Assembly: GCA_022969815.1 (NCBI GenBank)
Contig: GCA_022969815.1_4535.1
Direction: 5' to 3' (one strand)
Length of the DNA stretch: 64,000 nt
DNA from: Escherichia coli
Lineage (GTDB): Bacteria; Pseudomonadota; Gammaproteobacteria; Enterobacterales; Enterobacteriaceae
A program made the position numbers and the translations under genes. Of the stretch, positions 42,898 through 52,971 are shown in pieces. The notes beneath the pieces were generated by a model. It saw nothing but the letters and a program-made list of their open reading frames with translations. It did no database searches and was not told the origin of the DNA. The first letter of the stretch is position 1, and each line of letters opens with the position of its first letter.

Positions 42898-45495
42898 ATG
42901 AGTAAGTTTACATGGGATATTGAAGCAACCGCATTACTGAACAATGACACAATTGATTACCTGGCAAGCCCTTATCGATTGAAAGACACTTTTGGTATGC
43001 ATTGTATTTGTCTGGAAAACCACGAAACAGGAGAGATCATTGCTTTTCACGATGGTCCTAAGTACATTTTCGATGGTCGTCCTTATGAAGAGTCTGACGG
43101 TAAGTACACTTATGTACTGAAGGAGTATGTGGCACAAGAATACACACACTTTCCTCTGGCAGATTTTCCAGATTTTGTCAACCATACAGGCAAGTTCGCA
43201 GATAAGCCTGAATACCTCGTAGAAATGGCTGTAGCCCATAACGGCATCAACTATGACCACTTGGCAGTTAAGCTTTACTACGGGCTGAATTACAGCGTTA
43301 AATACAACACTTGGGGTGATTCAAAAGTTAAGATTATTGATACCTTAATCCTTAGTAAAGTATTGAACCCTGATCGCAAGGTTGATGGTAAACCTGGACA
43401 CAACTTGAATGCCCTTTCTAAAAAAGCTGGCGGGGATGTTAAGATCGATTTCCGTAAAGAGATTCCAGAAGGAGAGCGATTCAAGACGTTCGCCGCAGAT
43501 ATGTTGTACTACTGTATCTACGACAACAAGGCAACTACAGCAGTATATTATTACCTCATGGAAGAATGGGGTGATTATAAGAAGTGGCAAGAGCCGTTCG
43601 ACTTGGAGCAACGTATTGCGGATATCATCACCCGTCAAGAACACCGTGGCTTTAAGTTCAACATGCAACAAGCTGAACAGAACCTGGAATTCTTGGACAA
43701 AGAAATGGAACGTCTACGTTTGTTGGTAGAGCCTATTCTTCCACCTAAACCAGCGACTAAAGGTTATCTGAAAGATTTTATTCCACCGAAACTTCAAATC
43801 AAGAAGAACGGTGAGCCAACAAATCATATCATCAGGTTTGCGGAGAAACATGGCGGTAGCCTTGAAGAACGTGAAGGTGATTGGTGGCTGCTTGTTTTAG
43901 ATAAAGAGTTTAAGTTACCGATCTCAAGTGAAGAACCTATTTGTGAACCTACCATTCCGTCTACACTGAATGATACGACACACATTAAAAACTGGCTTGT
44001 AGGTTTGGGTTGGGTTCCGTCTGAATATAAAGACAAAGACTTGACGCTTAAATCTGGTTCGAAGATCAAGAAAGATCCTGACGACTTAGAGAAAGGTATT
44101 CTGTCTTATGTCAAACAAACTCTGGAAAGCAACTTCTGTAATGATCGTTGCGAACACTTACAAGCTGATGCTGAAACATTAGAGCTTAGAATCCGTGAAC
44201 GTCTGGCTAAAGGGAAAGGTCGTGGTCTTAAAGTGCTGACCAACCCATGCTTCACGAAGGGGCAGGAGAAAGAGATTTGTCCTAATCTTGAAGCACTGGG
44301 CGAGAAGTTCCCGTATGCCACGCAGATTGTGCAGTACCTGACGTACAAACATCGTCGAAACTCTATTTTGGGCGGTGGTGCAGATTGGGAAGACGATGAG
44401 GAAGATCAAGAATACGATAAAGGCTTCTTAGCAGCAGTTCGTGCCGATGGTCGTATATCGACTCCAGCGGCTACGTGTGACGCTGCAACATCTCGTATGA
44501 AGCATCGCTCTGTTGCGAACGTTCCTCGCGTTACATCGTTGTTTGGGTACGAAATGCGTAACTTGTTTGGGGTAGAAACACCGCGTTACTTCCAGATCGG
44601 TTATGACTTTGACTCCTTGGAAGCAAAGATTGAGTCGCATTATTGTTGGCGCTACGAACCGGAGCCTCATGAATATTGTAACGCTCTCTTGTTGGAGAAG
44701 CCTAACGATGTTCATACCATGATGGCAAGACGTATCACAGAAACTATTGGACGTAAGTTTGAACGTAGTCCAGCTAAATCTGTTAAGTACGGGATTACAT
44801 ATGGAGCACAGGCAGACAAGGTTGCTAAGACAATTGGTAGTGATAAGTACACAGGACAACTGGTGTTTGATGCATTCTGGGAAGCGGCTTTCCCGTTAGC
44901 ACAACTGAAAGAGAAGTTGAATGCTTTCTGGGTTAACACTGGCAAGCAGTATGTTCTCGGTATCGATGGACGTAAAGTCCCAACACGATCTGCACATGCA
45001 ATCTTAAACTCACTGTTCCAAAGTGGCGGGGTTATCTGTGCTAAACGTGCAATGGTGATTTATGACGATATGATCGAAGAGGAAGGTTTAGCTGTTGACT
45101 TCTTCGTTGACGACTGGAAGAATAAAGACTTCGTTCAGCAAATGATCGCTTACCACGATGAAGCGCAGCTTGAAGTATCTCGTAACTTGGTGGAATTTAA
45201 ATGGTTCTCCAAAGAATCTTTAGGTTGGGTTAAAGTGGATGACGAGAAAGAGCAGAAGAAAATAGATGCGGAATGTCTTGCAAAAGCTAACGAATGGAAG
45301 CATAATAAAGAGAAAGAGACAGGGCAGATTTGGGCTAACGTTCACGAATCACCTAAAGGTGGTTGGTTTACCGCTTACAGTCGTGCCGGAGAACTTGCTT
45401 CTCTTGCTGTTATCAAAGCTGGGGAATATTACAAACTAAATGTTCAGCTTACTGCTGGATACGATGTTGGTAGTTCCTGGGCGAGCTGTCACTGA
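42898..45495 (+). CDS. family A DNA polymerase with 3'-5' exonuclease domain, 865 aa
   Basis: Exo I DIEAT; motif A DFDSLEAKI; motif B RRITETIGRKFERSPAKSVKYGITYG; motif C HDE. Confidence 0.9.
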   Translation: MSKFTWDIEATALLNNDTIDYLASPYRLKDTFGMHCICLENHETGEIIAFHDGPKYIFDGRPYEESDGKYTYVLKEYVAQEYTHFPLADFPDFVNHTGKFADKPEYLVEMAVAHNGINYDHLAVKLYYGLNYSVKYNTWGDSKVKIIDTLILSKVLNPDRKVDGKPGHNLNALSKKAGGDVKIDFRKEIPEGERFKTFAADMLYYCIYDNKATTAVYYYLMEEWGDYKKWQEPFDLEQRIADIITRQEHRGFKFNMQQAEQNLEFLDKEMERLRLLVEPILPPKPATKGYLKDFIPPKLQIKKNGEPTNHIIRFAEKHGGSLEEREGDWWLLVLDKEFKLPISSEEPICEPTIPSTLNDTTHIKNWLVGLGWVPSEYKDKDLTLKSGSKIKKDPDDLEKGILSYVKQTLESNFCNDRCEHLQADAETLELRIRERLAKGKGRGLKVLTNPCFTKGQEKEICPNLEALGEKFPYATQIVQYLTYKHRRNSILGGGADWEDDEEDQEYDKGFLAAVRADGRISTPAATCDAATSRMKHRSVANVPRVTSLFGYEMRNLFGVETPRYFQIGYDFDSLEAKIESHYCWRYEPEPHEYCNALLLEKPNDVHTMMARRITETIGRKFERSPAKSVKYGITYGAQADKVAKTIGSDKYTGQLVFDAFWEAAFPLAQLKEKLNAFWVNTGKQYVLGIDGRKVPTRSAHAILNSLFQSGGVICAKRAMVIYDDMIEEEGLAVDFFVDDWKNKDFVQQMIAYHDEAQLEVSRNLVEFKWFSKESLGWVKVDDEKEQKKIDAECLAKANEWKHNKEKETGQIWANVHESPKGGWFTAYSRAGELASLAVIKAGEYYKLNVQLTAGYDVGSSWASCH

Positions 45496-45501
45496 TGGTA
45501 C

Positions 45502-45520
45502 GGGGCTTCGGCCCCTTTAT
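45502..45520 (+). terminator. hairpin, partial terminator after the polymerase gene
   Basis: GGGGC-TTCG-GCCCC followed by TTTAT. Confidence 0.45.
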
Positions 45521-45530
45521 AGGAGGATAT

Positions 45531-45725
45531 ATGAGTTACGATTTAGATTACTTTGGTATGCCTTACCTACCCGATGAGTTCGCAGATGAGGCGGAGGATC
45601 GTGAGTGGGATGATGGGGATATCCGTTGTTGGTCTTGTGGTAAAGACATGTCTTATGAACAACACATGCACAACGATGGCTTCTGTCCACACTGTCAGAA
45701 TGAAATCGATTTAGAGGAGGACTAA
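45531..45725 (+). CDS. zinc-ribbon protein, 64 aa
   Basis: CWSC...CPHC; ATG 45531 with GGAGG SD (the track start lies before the hairpin). Confidence 0.5.
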   Translation: MSYDLDYFGMPYLPDEFADEAEDREWDDGDIRCWSCGKDMSYEQHMHNDGFCPHCQNEIDLEED

Positions 45726-45727
45726 TA

Positions 45728-45895
45728 ATGACTTCCGGTATTATGATCTGTTATAAGATCGTTCGTATTGTTGGGGATGAAGTTACTACTCGCCACTTTA
45801 TGATTGAAAATCACGCTGACGAAGTGTATAATGATTGGCTGGAACAAGGCGGATACGACTTCGTATCTAAAGAAACTTTCCACTTGGAAGTATAA
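45728..45895 (+). CDS. small protein, 55 aa (not in ORF track)
   Basis: ATG 45728; reads MTSGIMICYKIVRIVGDEVTTRHFMIENHADEVYNDWLEQGGYDFVSKETFHLEV. Confidence 0.4.
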   Translation: MTSGIMICYKIVRIVGDEVTTRHFMIENHADEVYNDWLEQGGYDFVSKETFHLEV

Positions 45896-45904
45896 GGAGA
45901 AGAA

Positions 45905-46123
45905 ATGCGTAAATTAGTGAGTTTTAATGTTTCAATTCTTGTTGATGAACAACATGAAGATGTTATTAAAGGTCTTGCAAATAAGCTTGCAGGTGGAATG
46001 ACGGAAGCTGAAGTGTGGGAAGAATGTGCTCGACTTTATGAGGAAGGTGTTATTGAGGTCTTGGGGGATGAGATTAATATGGACGATGTTGTAAAAGTAA
46101 CTGTGGAGCGTATCAATGACTAA
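45905..46123 (+). CDS. hypothetical protein, 72 aa
   Basis: GGAGAAG SD. Confidence 0.5.
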   Translation: MRKLVSFNVSILVDEQHEDVIKGLANKLAGGMTEAEVWEECARLYEEGVIEVLGDEINMDDVVKVTVERIND

Positions 46124-46712
46124 ATCAAGCCAGATTACCCTTGCCTGTGAGATCCTTACTGTTCTTAAGATTGCTGATCCTCGTTCAATCCTGGCAGGTG
46201 GCGCAGTCCGTGACTGGCGAATGTTAAATGCTGCTGGGCGAGATCTTGACTTCTACACCTCTCTTCCTGCATATAACGGGGAAGCAGAGATTAAAGAATT
46301 TATCACCACATCTTTACGTGGGACAAATATTAAGCTTTTAGGTAACAAAGATTTACCTGAAAACTATTCGTCAATGGTTGGTTTGAAACATGTGTTTGAA
46401 TTTGAACGTGATGGTCAATTATGTAACCTCATGATCATGGAAAGGGGCTACCTACCACAAGTAGCACATAACTTTGATACATCTGTTTGCCAAGCTTCTT
46501 TCGACGGAGACACCTACTGGTATAGTGATAACTTTGAAGTTACACTCGCTACTGGTATTTGTTTCTTGCACAAAGATGCAAAGGAGGATGCCAAACATGT
46601 TCGTAAACTTGCTGATCGCTTCCCAACTATGCGTTTTGTTCGTGAAGTACATGTTCGTCCCGACCCGCAAGCGGATAATTTTGAAGATTTTCAGGACGAC
46701 ATTCCTTGGTAA
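46116..46712 (+). CDS. minimal nucleotidyltransferase (Pol-beta superfamily head domain) with SSB-tip-like C-terminus, 198 aa
   Basis: GGAVRDWRMLNAAGRDLDF (GG.VRD...DxD, as in CCA-adding/poly(A) polymerase heads); C-terminus EDFQDDIPW. Confidence 0.55.
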   Translation: MTKSSQITLACEILTVLKIADPRSILAGGAVRDWRMLNAAGRDLDFYTSLPAYNGEAEIKEFITTSLRGTNIKLLGNKDLPENYSSMVGLKHVFEFERDGQLCNLMIMERGYLPQVAHNFDTSVCQASFDGDTYWYSDNFEVTLATGICFLHKDAKEDAKHVRKLADRFPTMRFVREVHVRPDPQADNFEDFQDDIPW

Positions 46713-46719
46713 ATAAAGC

Positions 46720-46749
46720 TTGACTTTCACTAATCTTTTATGATAGGAT
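46720..46749 (+). promoter_or_regulatory. candidate promoter
   Basis: -35 TTGACT 46720-46725, 18-nt spacer, -10 TAGGAT 46744-46749. Confidence 0.4.
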
Positions 46750-46757
46750 GACAATCA

Positions 46758-47153
46758 ATGACTGAACGTTCAAAAATAAGTGTTGAAACTGAATACAGCG
46801 AATACCTGAACAGTTTGATACTTGTTGAAAAAGATGTAATAGGTCTGGATAACTCGTTCTTCTTTCAAATCCTGATAGGTAAGGGTGGACACCGAAAGTT
46901 ATTCTCTCGTGTGGAAGACTCTGACCTATCCGAAACTGAAATAACGGTTAAAGAATTTATTAGCTTGCAGGATAACATCCGAAAAGTTATTGACACAGCC
47001 GGAAACGCTGTTACAATAAAACTCGATATGCATTCTGTGCAATTTGTTCATTTTCCGAATGGAGAAATTGGAGTTGGAATAGGTAAAGGTAAGTACCTTT
47101 TAGAAAAAGAAAACGCAGAGCTTCTTCGTGAGTTCTGTGCAAAAACAATGTGA
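46758..47153 (+). CDS. hypothetical protein, 131 aa
   Basis: ATG 46758. Confidence 0.55.
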   Translation: MTERSKISVETEYSEYLNSLILVEKDVIGLDNSFFFQILIGKGGHRKLFSRVEDSDLSETEITVKEFISLQDNIRKVIDTAGNAVTIKLDMHSVQFVHFPNGEIGVGIGKGKYLLEKENAELLREFCAKTM

Positions 47154-47170
47154 ATATAGAGGAGATAATA

Positions 47171-48079
47171 ATGTCCGTAATTAATACTGAAACTGATCGT
47201 AAAGGCAAAACTGTAACTTATGCAACTGGTGTTGTAGACTACGTTAAACTGGATAAATTTGCAGAGCCTAAAACCTTCCAATGGGATGGTAAGTCGATTG
47301 TTTCTACTCACCGTGCTTCACTCGTTCTGAAAGAAAAGGGTGCCAAGCAGGATGCAAAAGGGACGTGGATTAGCCTGGGTGATATTGAACTGAAAGAAGG
47401 TTACGAAAATCTTCAGGTTAAAGATGGTGATACTTGGATCACTATCGAAAAAGGTGTTGAAGTTAGTATTGATATCGACAAAGTTGATACCAAAGGTGAC
47501 AAAACTTACTACAATACTAAGAAATCTCGTATCACTGTTCTTTCTACTGAAGGCGTTCAAAAGAAAGAAAATAAATCAGGTGGCACTGGCGTTTCAGGTA
47601 ACACTGGAAACAAACAATCCTTCAAAAAACGTGATACCGTAGGTCTTGAGACTGGTCACGCAGTTAACGGAGCTTTGGAACTGATTCGTAATGGTGTGAA
47701 AGGTGAAGCGTTTGATATTGCAGGTGTGGTTCAGTCTGCTACTGTGACTCTGAAAGCTGAAGTGGCTAAAGAGCGTGGCGTAGATATCAGTGATTATGAT
47801 CTGGGGGCTTCTGTTGGTCACGCTGTTCTGAATGCCTGTAAAGATCATTCCGGTAAGTCTGTTTCAGTAGAAGATTTGATTGAAACTGCTCGTGAAGTTC
47901 TGGCACTTTCTGACAAGGTAGCTAATGCCATTCGTGGTGCAGCAGAACAACCTAAGAAAGAAGAAGCCAAGAAAGAGCCTAAGAAGGAAGAACCTAAGCA
48001 GGAGCCTAAGCAAGAACCTGCTCCTCAACAAAATCAAGAAGAACCTCCAATGGACTTCGACGATGATATTCCTTTTTGA
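47171..48079 (+). CDS. putative ssDNA-binding protein ending in the host SSB C-terminal tip, 302 aa
   Basis: last residues EPPMDFDDDIPF, preceded by a Pro/Glu/Lys-rich linker; ATG 47171 with GAGGAG SD. Confidence 0.6.
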   Translation: MSVINTETDRKGKTVTYATGVVDYVKLDKFAEPKTFQWDGKSIVSTHRASLVLKEKGAKQDAKGTWISLGDIELKEGYENLQVKDGDTWITIEKGVEVSIDIDKVDTKGDKTYYNTKKSRITVLSTEGVQKKENKSGGTGVSGNTGNKQSFKKRDTVGLETGHAVNGALELIRNGVKGEAFDIAGVVQSATVTLKAEVAKERGVDISDYDLGASVGHAVLNACKDHSGKSVSVEDLIETAREVLALSDKVANAIRGAAEQPKKEEAKKEPKKEEPKQEPKQEPAPQQNQEEPPMDFDDDIPF

Positions 48080-48110
48080 TCTTATTGATTTATAAAGAGT
48101 TTTTATAAAA

Positions 48111-48142
48111 GAAAAGGGAACCTTTGCGGGTTCCCTTTTTTA
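48111..48142. terminator. bidirectional intrinsic terminator at the convergence point
   Basis: AAAA-GGGAACC-TTTGCG-GGTTCCC-TTTTTT. Confidence 0.8.
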
Positions 48143-50818
48143 TTAGTCGTAATATTTCAAACCTGTAATGAACTTCGATCCCCAATCCGCACTTGCGGCG
48201 GTGAACGTCAACATCCAAGTAGTAGCTGTACCAGTGAAGACCTCTCGTTGCACAGTCCCATCCGTGTGGTAAATGTCCACCCCAGTGTGTCCGTTCTTAG
48301 GAATAGTGAAGGTAGCAGCACTGGAACTGTCTCGTGCATAAGAACAAACAAATGGTGTCCCCGCCCAAACTGGATTTGTCATATCACCCATCTCAAGCTG
48401 TGGAACCCAAGCAATAAGACCTGCCGTACCATCTCCTGCGAAAGTGTCTGATCCACTTGCATTCAAAGCTATAATCTCATAGGTTATAGATGCTTGTTTG
48501 GCAACTGTCACTTTGTGTAGAATTACACGATACCAACCATTCCCCATATCGATTATGTTTGCATCTGCACCTGTAAATGTTCCAGCTACAAGATCATAAG
48601 TCCCTTCGTTAATCTCGTCTCCTGAAGTCAATTTGAGTTTCACTTTAGTGATCCCGTCTGGCTTCAAGAATACAGATGCCGCCCATTGTTTACCTGCTGT
48701 GATATCCGAAGCCGTGTTCACTGCTGATAAAATATGTTGTCCTGAAGTTGTAGAAGGTGTTAACTTGTAAGTGTTAGCGGTAGTTCCAACCGGAGAGTTG
48801 ATTGTTGATGCTGCTACTGTCAAGTTAGTCTTCAGCCACGGGGAGGCGGTTGTCAAGTTATTGTTGATAAAGATATGTGTACGACTGTTTGCTACAACAC
48901 GTCTACCCTGTGGAGTTGTACCAACATATTCTAAAGGTGCTACGGGAGCAGAACTCTCTGTAGGTACAAGGATATCTCCAGAAGTCCTCGCATAACGGTT
49001 ACTCCTGTTTACGCTTACACCTGCCGGAATAGTTTCTTGCGTCAAATCATAGTCCATCACAATCACCACAGCATTTACCGCTAAATAAGAACTATCTTCC
49101 GCAGTTACCACGCCTTGATAGGTTGCTCTACAACCGATACGACAATCCCCATCAGTAACCGCTGTAATAACGCCTGTAACGGGGTCAACTGTTGCTACCG
49201 TAGGGTCGTTAGAGAAATACTCAACAACCATGCCAGGGAGGTTCTCCGCCCCTGCTGGAGTTATTTCTGCCACCAATGTCTGCGTTGTTCCTTCATCCAT
49301 AGCTGAAAGGCTCGGAGTATACACCCCCAGTACAGAAGCATATCCCCCAGAACTGTCGGATAAGGTTGTTCCTGCTGCGTTTAATGCTGTCATCCCTGCA
49401 TCAAAACCACCTTCAGCAACAAACGTCATCAAACCAGAGGAAGATATCGTCATATAAGCTGGGGCAGATGTTGTGTAAGCTTCGTTGAAGATCTTACCTC
49501 CTGAAGGACTTACTGAATAGGTTAACTGTTTGCTCCCACCAACAATACAAATACCTAAAGAATCTGTAGTTAAACTGGTAGCCAAATCTGATCCTAAGAT
49601 CGAATCTTGTGAAATAGGTGCGAACTTGTTAGAATTCAACGTCCCATTAAACAGAGGGTTGGTCTTACCGTCAACAGTAACACCAGAGTAAAACAGATTA
49701 CCATCGTAGACAAAGAAAGTAGCATGGTAGCCTAACTGGTTAGTCACATCCAGATTCTGACTGTGGACACTTGTTAGTTTGCTCATGTCCCAATTCGGAA
49801 CACCTTCGGGTTTAAGAGGCTTCTCAACAACCAAAGGATCTGCTGCCAGAGATGCGTAACCAACACCTAAGTTTCCTGTGTAGTTTTTACCTACAGCCCA
49901 CAAACTGTTATTAATACTTAAGAAGAAAGCGTGGCGACTCATTGGGAAACTCCATGCAGAGAAACCGCCGGAGAAGTTGCTTACTTTCGTATAAGTTGTC
50001 GCAGTGTTAGAACGTGCATACAAATAATTCGTTGTTCCAGTACCGCCAGAGGTATCTCCAATTACCAATGTCTGGGAAACCGTGTTAACGTAATCTTTCA
50101 CAAAAACTGTTTCGGTAGAAGATATAGTCGCAGTAACGAAAGCTGTTGTTGTACTGTTGTTACCTGCCATACCTTTGCTTGCACCGCAAACACGTAATGC
50201 ACCGACATTGTTAAGGTAAGAACACTGGTTGTATCCTGCATCAAATGCTAAAGCAACAGAAGTTATTTGACGTGGATTTGGGATTTGGTTAGTATTACTT
50301 GCACCAAGGCTTCCTACTGTGTTTTGTCCCGAACCATAAAGGACTCCATTGTTCATGAGCCACAAGGTGTTATTATAACCCCCTTTGACCTCTTTCAGGT
50401 TGGCTAAGGTTATGATTGAGGTAATAGATGATGGGAAGCTGGTCCACGTAGTCATGCAAACATCAGCGCCGCCAGCGGCTGTAGATCCAACAAGACCTGC
50501 TAACAATCCTGCATACTGCCAACCACCACTTTGAAGCTTGATAACGAAGCAACGATCTGCTGGAAATATATCTGCTGCTGTTGTTGATGCTAAATGGAAG
50601 GTAGAGTATTTTGCTGTACGTGTGCCGTCAGCAATCTCTCCGAACACATTATCCCCTTGAGTGAATAAACGCCCATCGTTCAAGAGGAGAGCTAAACTGC
50701 TTTTAGAATTGCCAGAAGCATCTGGGTAATCTAAAGTTATTACTTTCTTGATTATTCCTGCTGGAAGTGGAACTACACCTGTGCTGGTCATAATCATCAT
50801 TACTGGAATTGGAAACAT
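48143..50818 (-). CDS. large tail fibre or adhesin-like protein, 891 aa
   Basis: G/S/T/N-rich beta-type repeats typical of fibre and receptor-binding proteins; ATG 50816-50818, GGAGGA SD. Confidence 0.65.
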   Translation of the reverse strand: MFPIPVMMIMTSTGVVPLPAGIIKKVITLDYPDASGNSKSSLALLLNDGRLFTQGDNVFGEIADGTRTAKYSTFHLASTTAADIFPADRCFVIKLQSGGWQYAGLLAGLVGSTAAGGADVCMTTWTSFPSSITSIITLANLKEVKGGYNNTLWLMNNGVLYGSGQNTVGSLGASNTNQIPNPRQITSVALAFDAGYNQCSYLNNVGALRVCGASKGMAGNNSTTTAFVTATISSTETVFVKDYVNTVSQTLVIGDTSGGTGTTNYLYARSNTATTYTKVSNFSGGFSAWSFPMSRHAFFLSINNSLWAVGKNYTGNLGVGYASLAADPLVVEKPLKPEGVPNWDMSKLTSVHSQNLDVTNQLGYHATFFVYDGNLFYSGVTVDGKTNPLFNGTLNSNKFAPISQDSILGSDLATSLTTDSLGICIVGGSKQLTYSVSPSGGKIFNEAYTTSAPAYMTISSSGLMTFVAEGGFDAGMTALNAAGTTLSDSSGGYASVLGVYTPSLSAMDEGTTQTLVAEITPAGAENLPGMVVEYFSNDPTVATVDPVTGVITAVTDGDCRIGCRATYQGVVTAEDSSYLAVNAVVIVMDYDLTQETIPAGVSVNRSNRYARTSGDILVPTESSAPVAPLEYVGTTPQGRRVVANSRTHIFINNNLTTASPWLKTNLTVAASTINSPVGTTANTYKLTPSTTSGQHILSAVNTASDITAGKQWAASVFLKPDGITKVKLKLTSGDEINEGTYDLVAGTFTGADANIIDMGNGWYRVILHKVTVAKQASITYEIIALNASGSDTFAGDGTAGLIAWVPQLEMGDMTNPVWAGTPFVCSYARDSSSAATFTIPKNGHTGVDIYHTDGTVQREVFTGTATTWMLTFTAASADWGSKFITGLKYYD

Positions 50819-50838
50819 TTTTATCCTCCATAAAAGAA

Positions 50839-50856
50839 AAGCCCCTTGCGGGGCTT
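50839..50856 (-). terminator. hairpin terminator between tail genes
   Basis: AAGCCCC-TTGC-GGGGCTT followed by U-rich tract on the minus strand. Confidence 0.55.
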
Positions 50857-50859
50857 CTA

Positions 50860-52905
50860 TTATCGTGTTACAACAACCATGTCCACGATATTACCCACAC
50901 CTGGATACGTCAACTGTAGAATTGTCACAGCACTTGCTGCTGTTGCTACATCCGTATCGTTCAGTGCTCCGTAAGACGCATCCAGCGTCACGGTGTGTCC
51001 CGTTGTATCTTGCAGAAGGTAAATCATTGCAGAGAAAGCTTTCGGTTTTGTAGCCCCTGTAACTCCAGGCCATGCTCCGATCGTCAATGCGTCTGTAACG
51101 TTGACCACGTACATATTGGTGGCTCCAGAAGGAGTCCAAGAAGTACCTGAACTTGCTACCGTAGTAGTTTCCAGTTCCAGATAACCCGCTGTTACCTTCG
51201 TAGGCGTGATTGCTTCTGTAGGATCTCCCGCAGAGATTTCAATCCAATCACCATCAGAACGCCCGTAGGTTAAACCATCTTCAGGAGCTTCAGGAATGCT
51301 TGGAAGTGTACCAACTTGCGTCCAAACAGTAGCAGCGGTTTTCTTAAAGACAGCCCCTGTTGCAGTGTTGAAAGCGTAGTCGTTAATAACACCTTCGGCA
51401 TTGGTTGGGTTGGTTGCAGCTACAAACCATTGCGCTCCATCCTTACCATCTGTTCCATCAGTCCCTGGTGTACCGTTAGTTCCGTCTGTTCCGTTAGTAC
51501 CTGCTGGACCTGGATCACCCTTATCTCCCTTGTCACCTTTGTCCCCTTTTATACTACCCATGTCAACAAAAGAGGCGGTGTTCGTATCTTTGTCATAAGT
51601 GTAGATATAGAGGTTGCTGGTGTCTTCTGTCAGATAAGCATCGCCGTAGCTGTTGTACGTTGGCAGCGCAGAACCGTTTGGTACATGACCTTTGGCAGTG
51701 ATAGATGTTCCACCAAGGCTTCCTACGTTCATCCAGTCTGTAGCGCCTTCTACCCAAACATACAAGTTGTTGTTGATAATATATGCATCACCAACTTCCC
51801 CTGTTGCTGGGAGTTCAGATTCATTAGAGAGAACGTCTAAGATTTCCAAGCCAGAACCTGTTGCACCAACTGGACCTTGTGGGCCTACTTCACCCTGATC
51901 GCCTTGTTGACCCTGAATCCCTTGGTCGCCTTTCTCCCCTTTGATCGCTGCGATAAAATCTACTTCTGTCCCTGTGTTACCGATATCTAACCAAGATTGG
52001 TAAGCTGACTTCCCTTCGTCACCGTCTGTCCCATCAAGACCATCAACACCTGCTTCACCTTGCGGACCTTGTGGGCCTACAATGTTACCCATGTTAACCC
52101 AGTCTTCACCATTAGAGACATAAAGATATCCGCCAATAGAGTAAGCTTGGCTTACGTTATTTGGGTTAGCTGCTGGTAGGTTAGCAGTAGAGTCAAGATC
52201 CCCACGGTAATCAAAACCGTTCGCATTAAGACCTGCCGCCCCTTGTGGACCTTGAGGACCAACATCTCCTCGATCTCCTTTCAGGGATTCCAGGTAGTCG
52301 TAAATTGTACCAGTATTACCTATTGACAACCATACTTGGTACGCTGACTTCCCTTCTGGACCCAGAGAAGAAATCATTTTCCAAGTTGCGCCGTCCCAAG
52401 CGTAAATTGCGTCCCCGACAATCCAACCATCTCCTAAAGCATTACCTGTTGTAGGTAATTGGTTGATGTTGTTCAAAGATCCTTTGATATTTAATTGTGC
52501 GCCAGTGTCACCTTTAAGAGACGCTAACCACTGTTGTTCTGTGCCTACGAAACCATTATCCAGAGCAATCTGGTAGGCTGATTTCCCAGCTTCAGGGATT
52601 TGAGAAGAGATGTTATTGATCTCTTGCTGCATTATTGCAAAACGGGCATTAATTACTGCGATATCATCAGCAGTGCCTACGCTCTCCCATCCAGTGGAGT
52701 TAATGCCGCCTGTGCTTGCCGGAGTAGAGTTCTCAGGAACAACTTTCGGAAAAGCACCTTTCCATTTATAATAGTTACCGTCATCATCTAAAAGCAGAAC
52801 TTCACGGGCATTACGTAAAGTAAATCCCGCTGCAAAGCTTCGACGTTTACGGTACGTAGCTTCGACCATATCTGCAATCGAGCTATTCGGTCTTGTTAAA
52901 AGCAT
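50860..52905 (-). CDS. tail fibre with collagen-like Gly-X-Y repeats, 681 aa
   Basis: multiple G-X-Y tracts, e.g. KGDKGDKGDKGDPGPAGTNGTDGTNGTPGTDGTDGKDG. Confidence 0.8.
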   Translation of the reverse strand: MLLTRPNSSIADMVEATYRKRRSFAAGFTLRNAREVLLLDDDGNYYKWKGAFPKVVPENSTPASTGGINSTGWESVGTADDIAVINARFAIMQQEINNISSQIPEAGKSAYQIALDNGFVGTEQQWLASLKGDTGAQLNIKGSLNNINQLPTTGNALGDGWIVGDAIYAWDGATWKMISSLGPEGKSAYQVWLSIGNTGTIYDYLESLKGDRGDVGPQGPQGAAGLNANGFDYRGDLDSTANLPAANPNNVSQAYSIGGYLYVSNGEDWVNMGNIVGPQGPQGEAGVDGLDGTDGDEGKSAYQSWLDIGNTGTEVDFIAAIKGEKGDQGIQGQQGDQGEVGPQGPVGATGSGLEILDVLSNESELPATGEVGDAYIINNNLYVWVEGATDWMNVGSLGGTSITAKGHVPNGSALPTYNSYGDAYLTEDTSNLYIYTYDKDTNTASFVDMGSIKGDKGDKGDKGDPGPAGTNGTDGTNGTPGTDGTDGKDGAQWFVAATNPTNAEGVINDYAFNTATGAVFKKTAATVWTQVGTLPSIPEAPEDGLTYGRSDGDWIEISAGDPTEAITPTKVTAGYLELETTTVASSGTSWTPSGATNMYVVNVTDALTIGAWPGVTGATKPKAFSAMIYLLQDTTGHTVTLDASYGALNDTDVATAASAVTILQLTYPGVGNIVDMVVVTR

Positions 52906-52950
52906 TTATTTACTCCTGATTAATCATTCGTTTATCGTTGGGAGTTAAAA

Positions 52951-52965
52951 GGGGGACAAGCCCCC
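52951..52965 (-). terminator. hairpin terminator after the tailspike gene
   Basis: GGGGG-ACAAG-CCCCC followed by UUUU on the minus strand. Confidence 0.5.
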
Positions 52966-52971
52966 TTTCAC

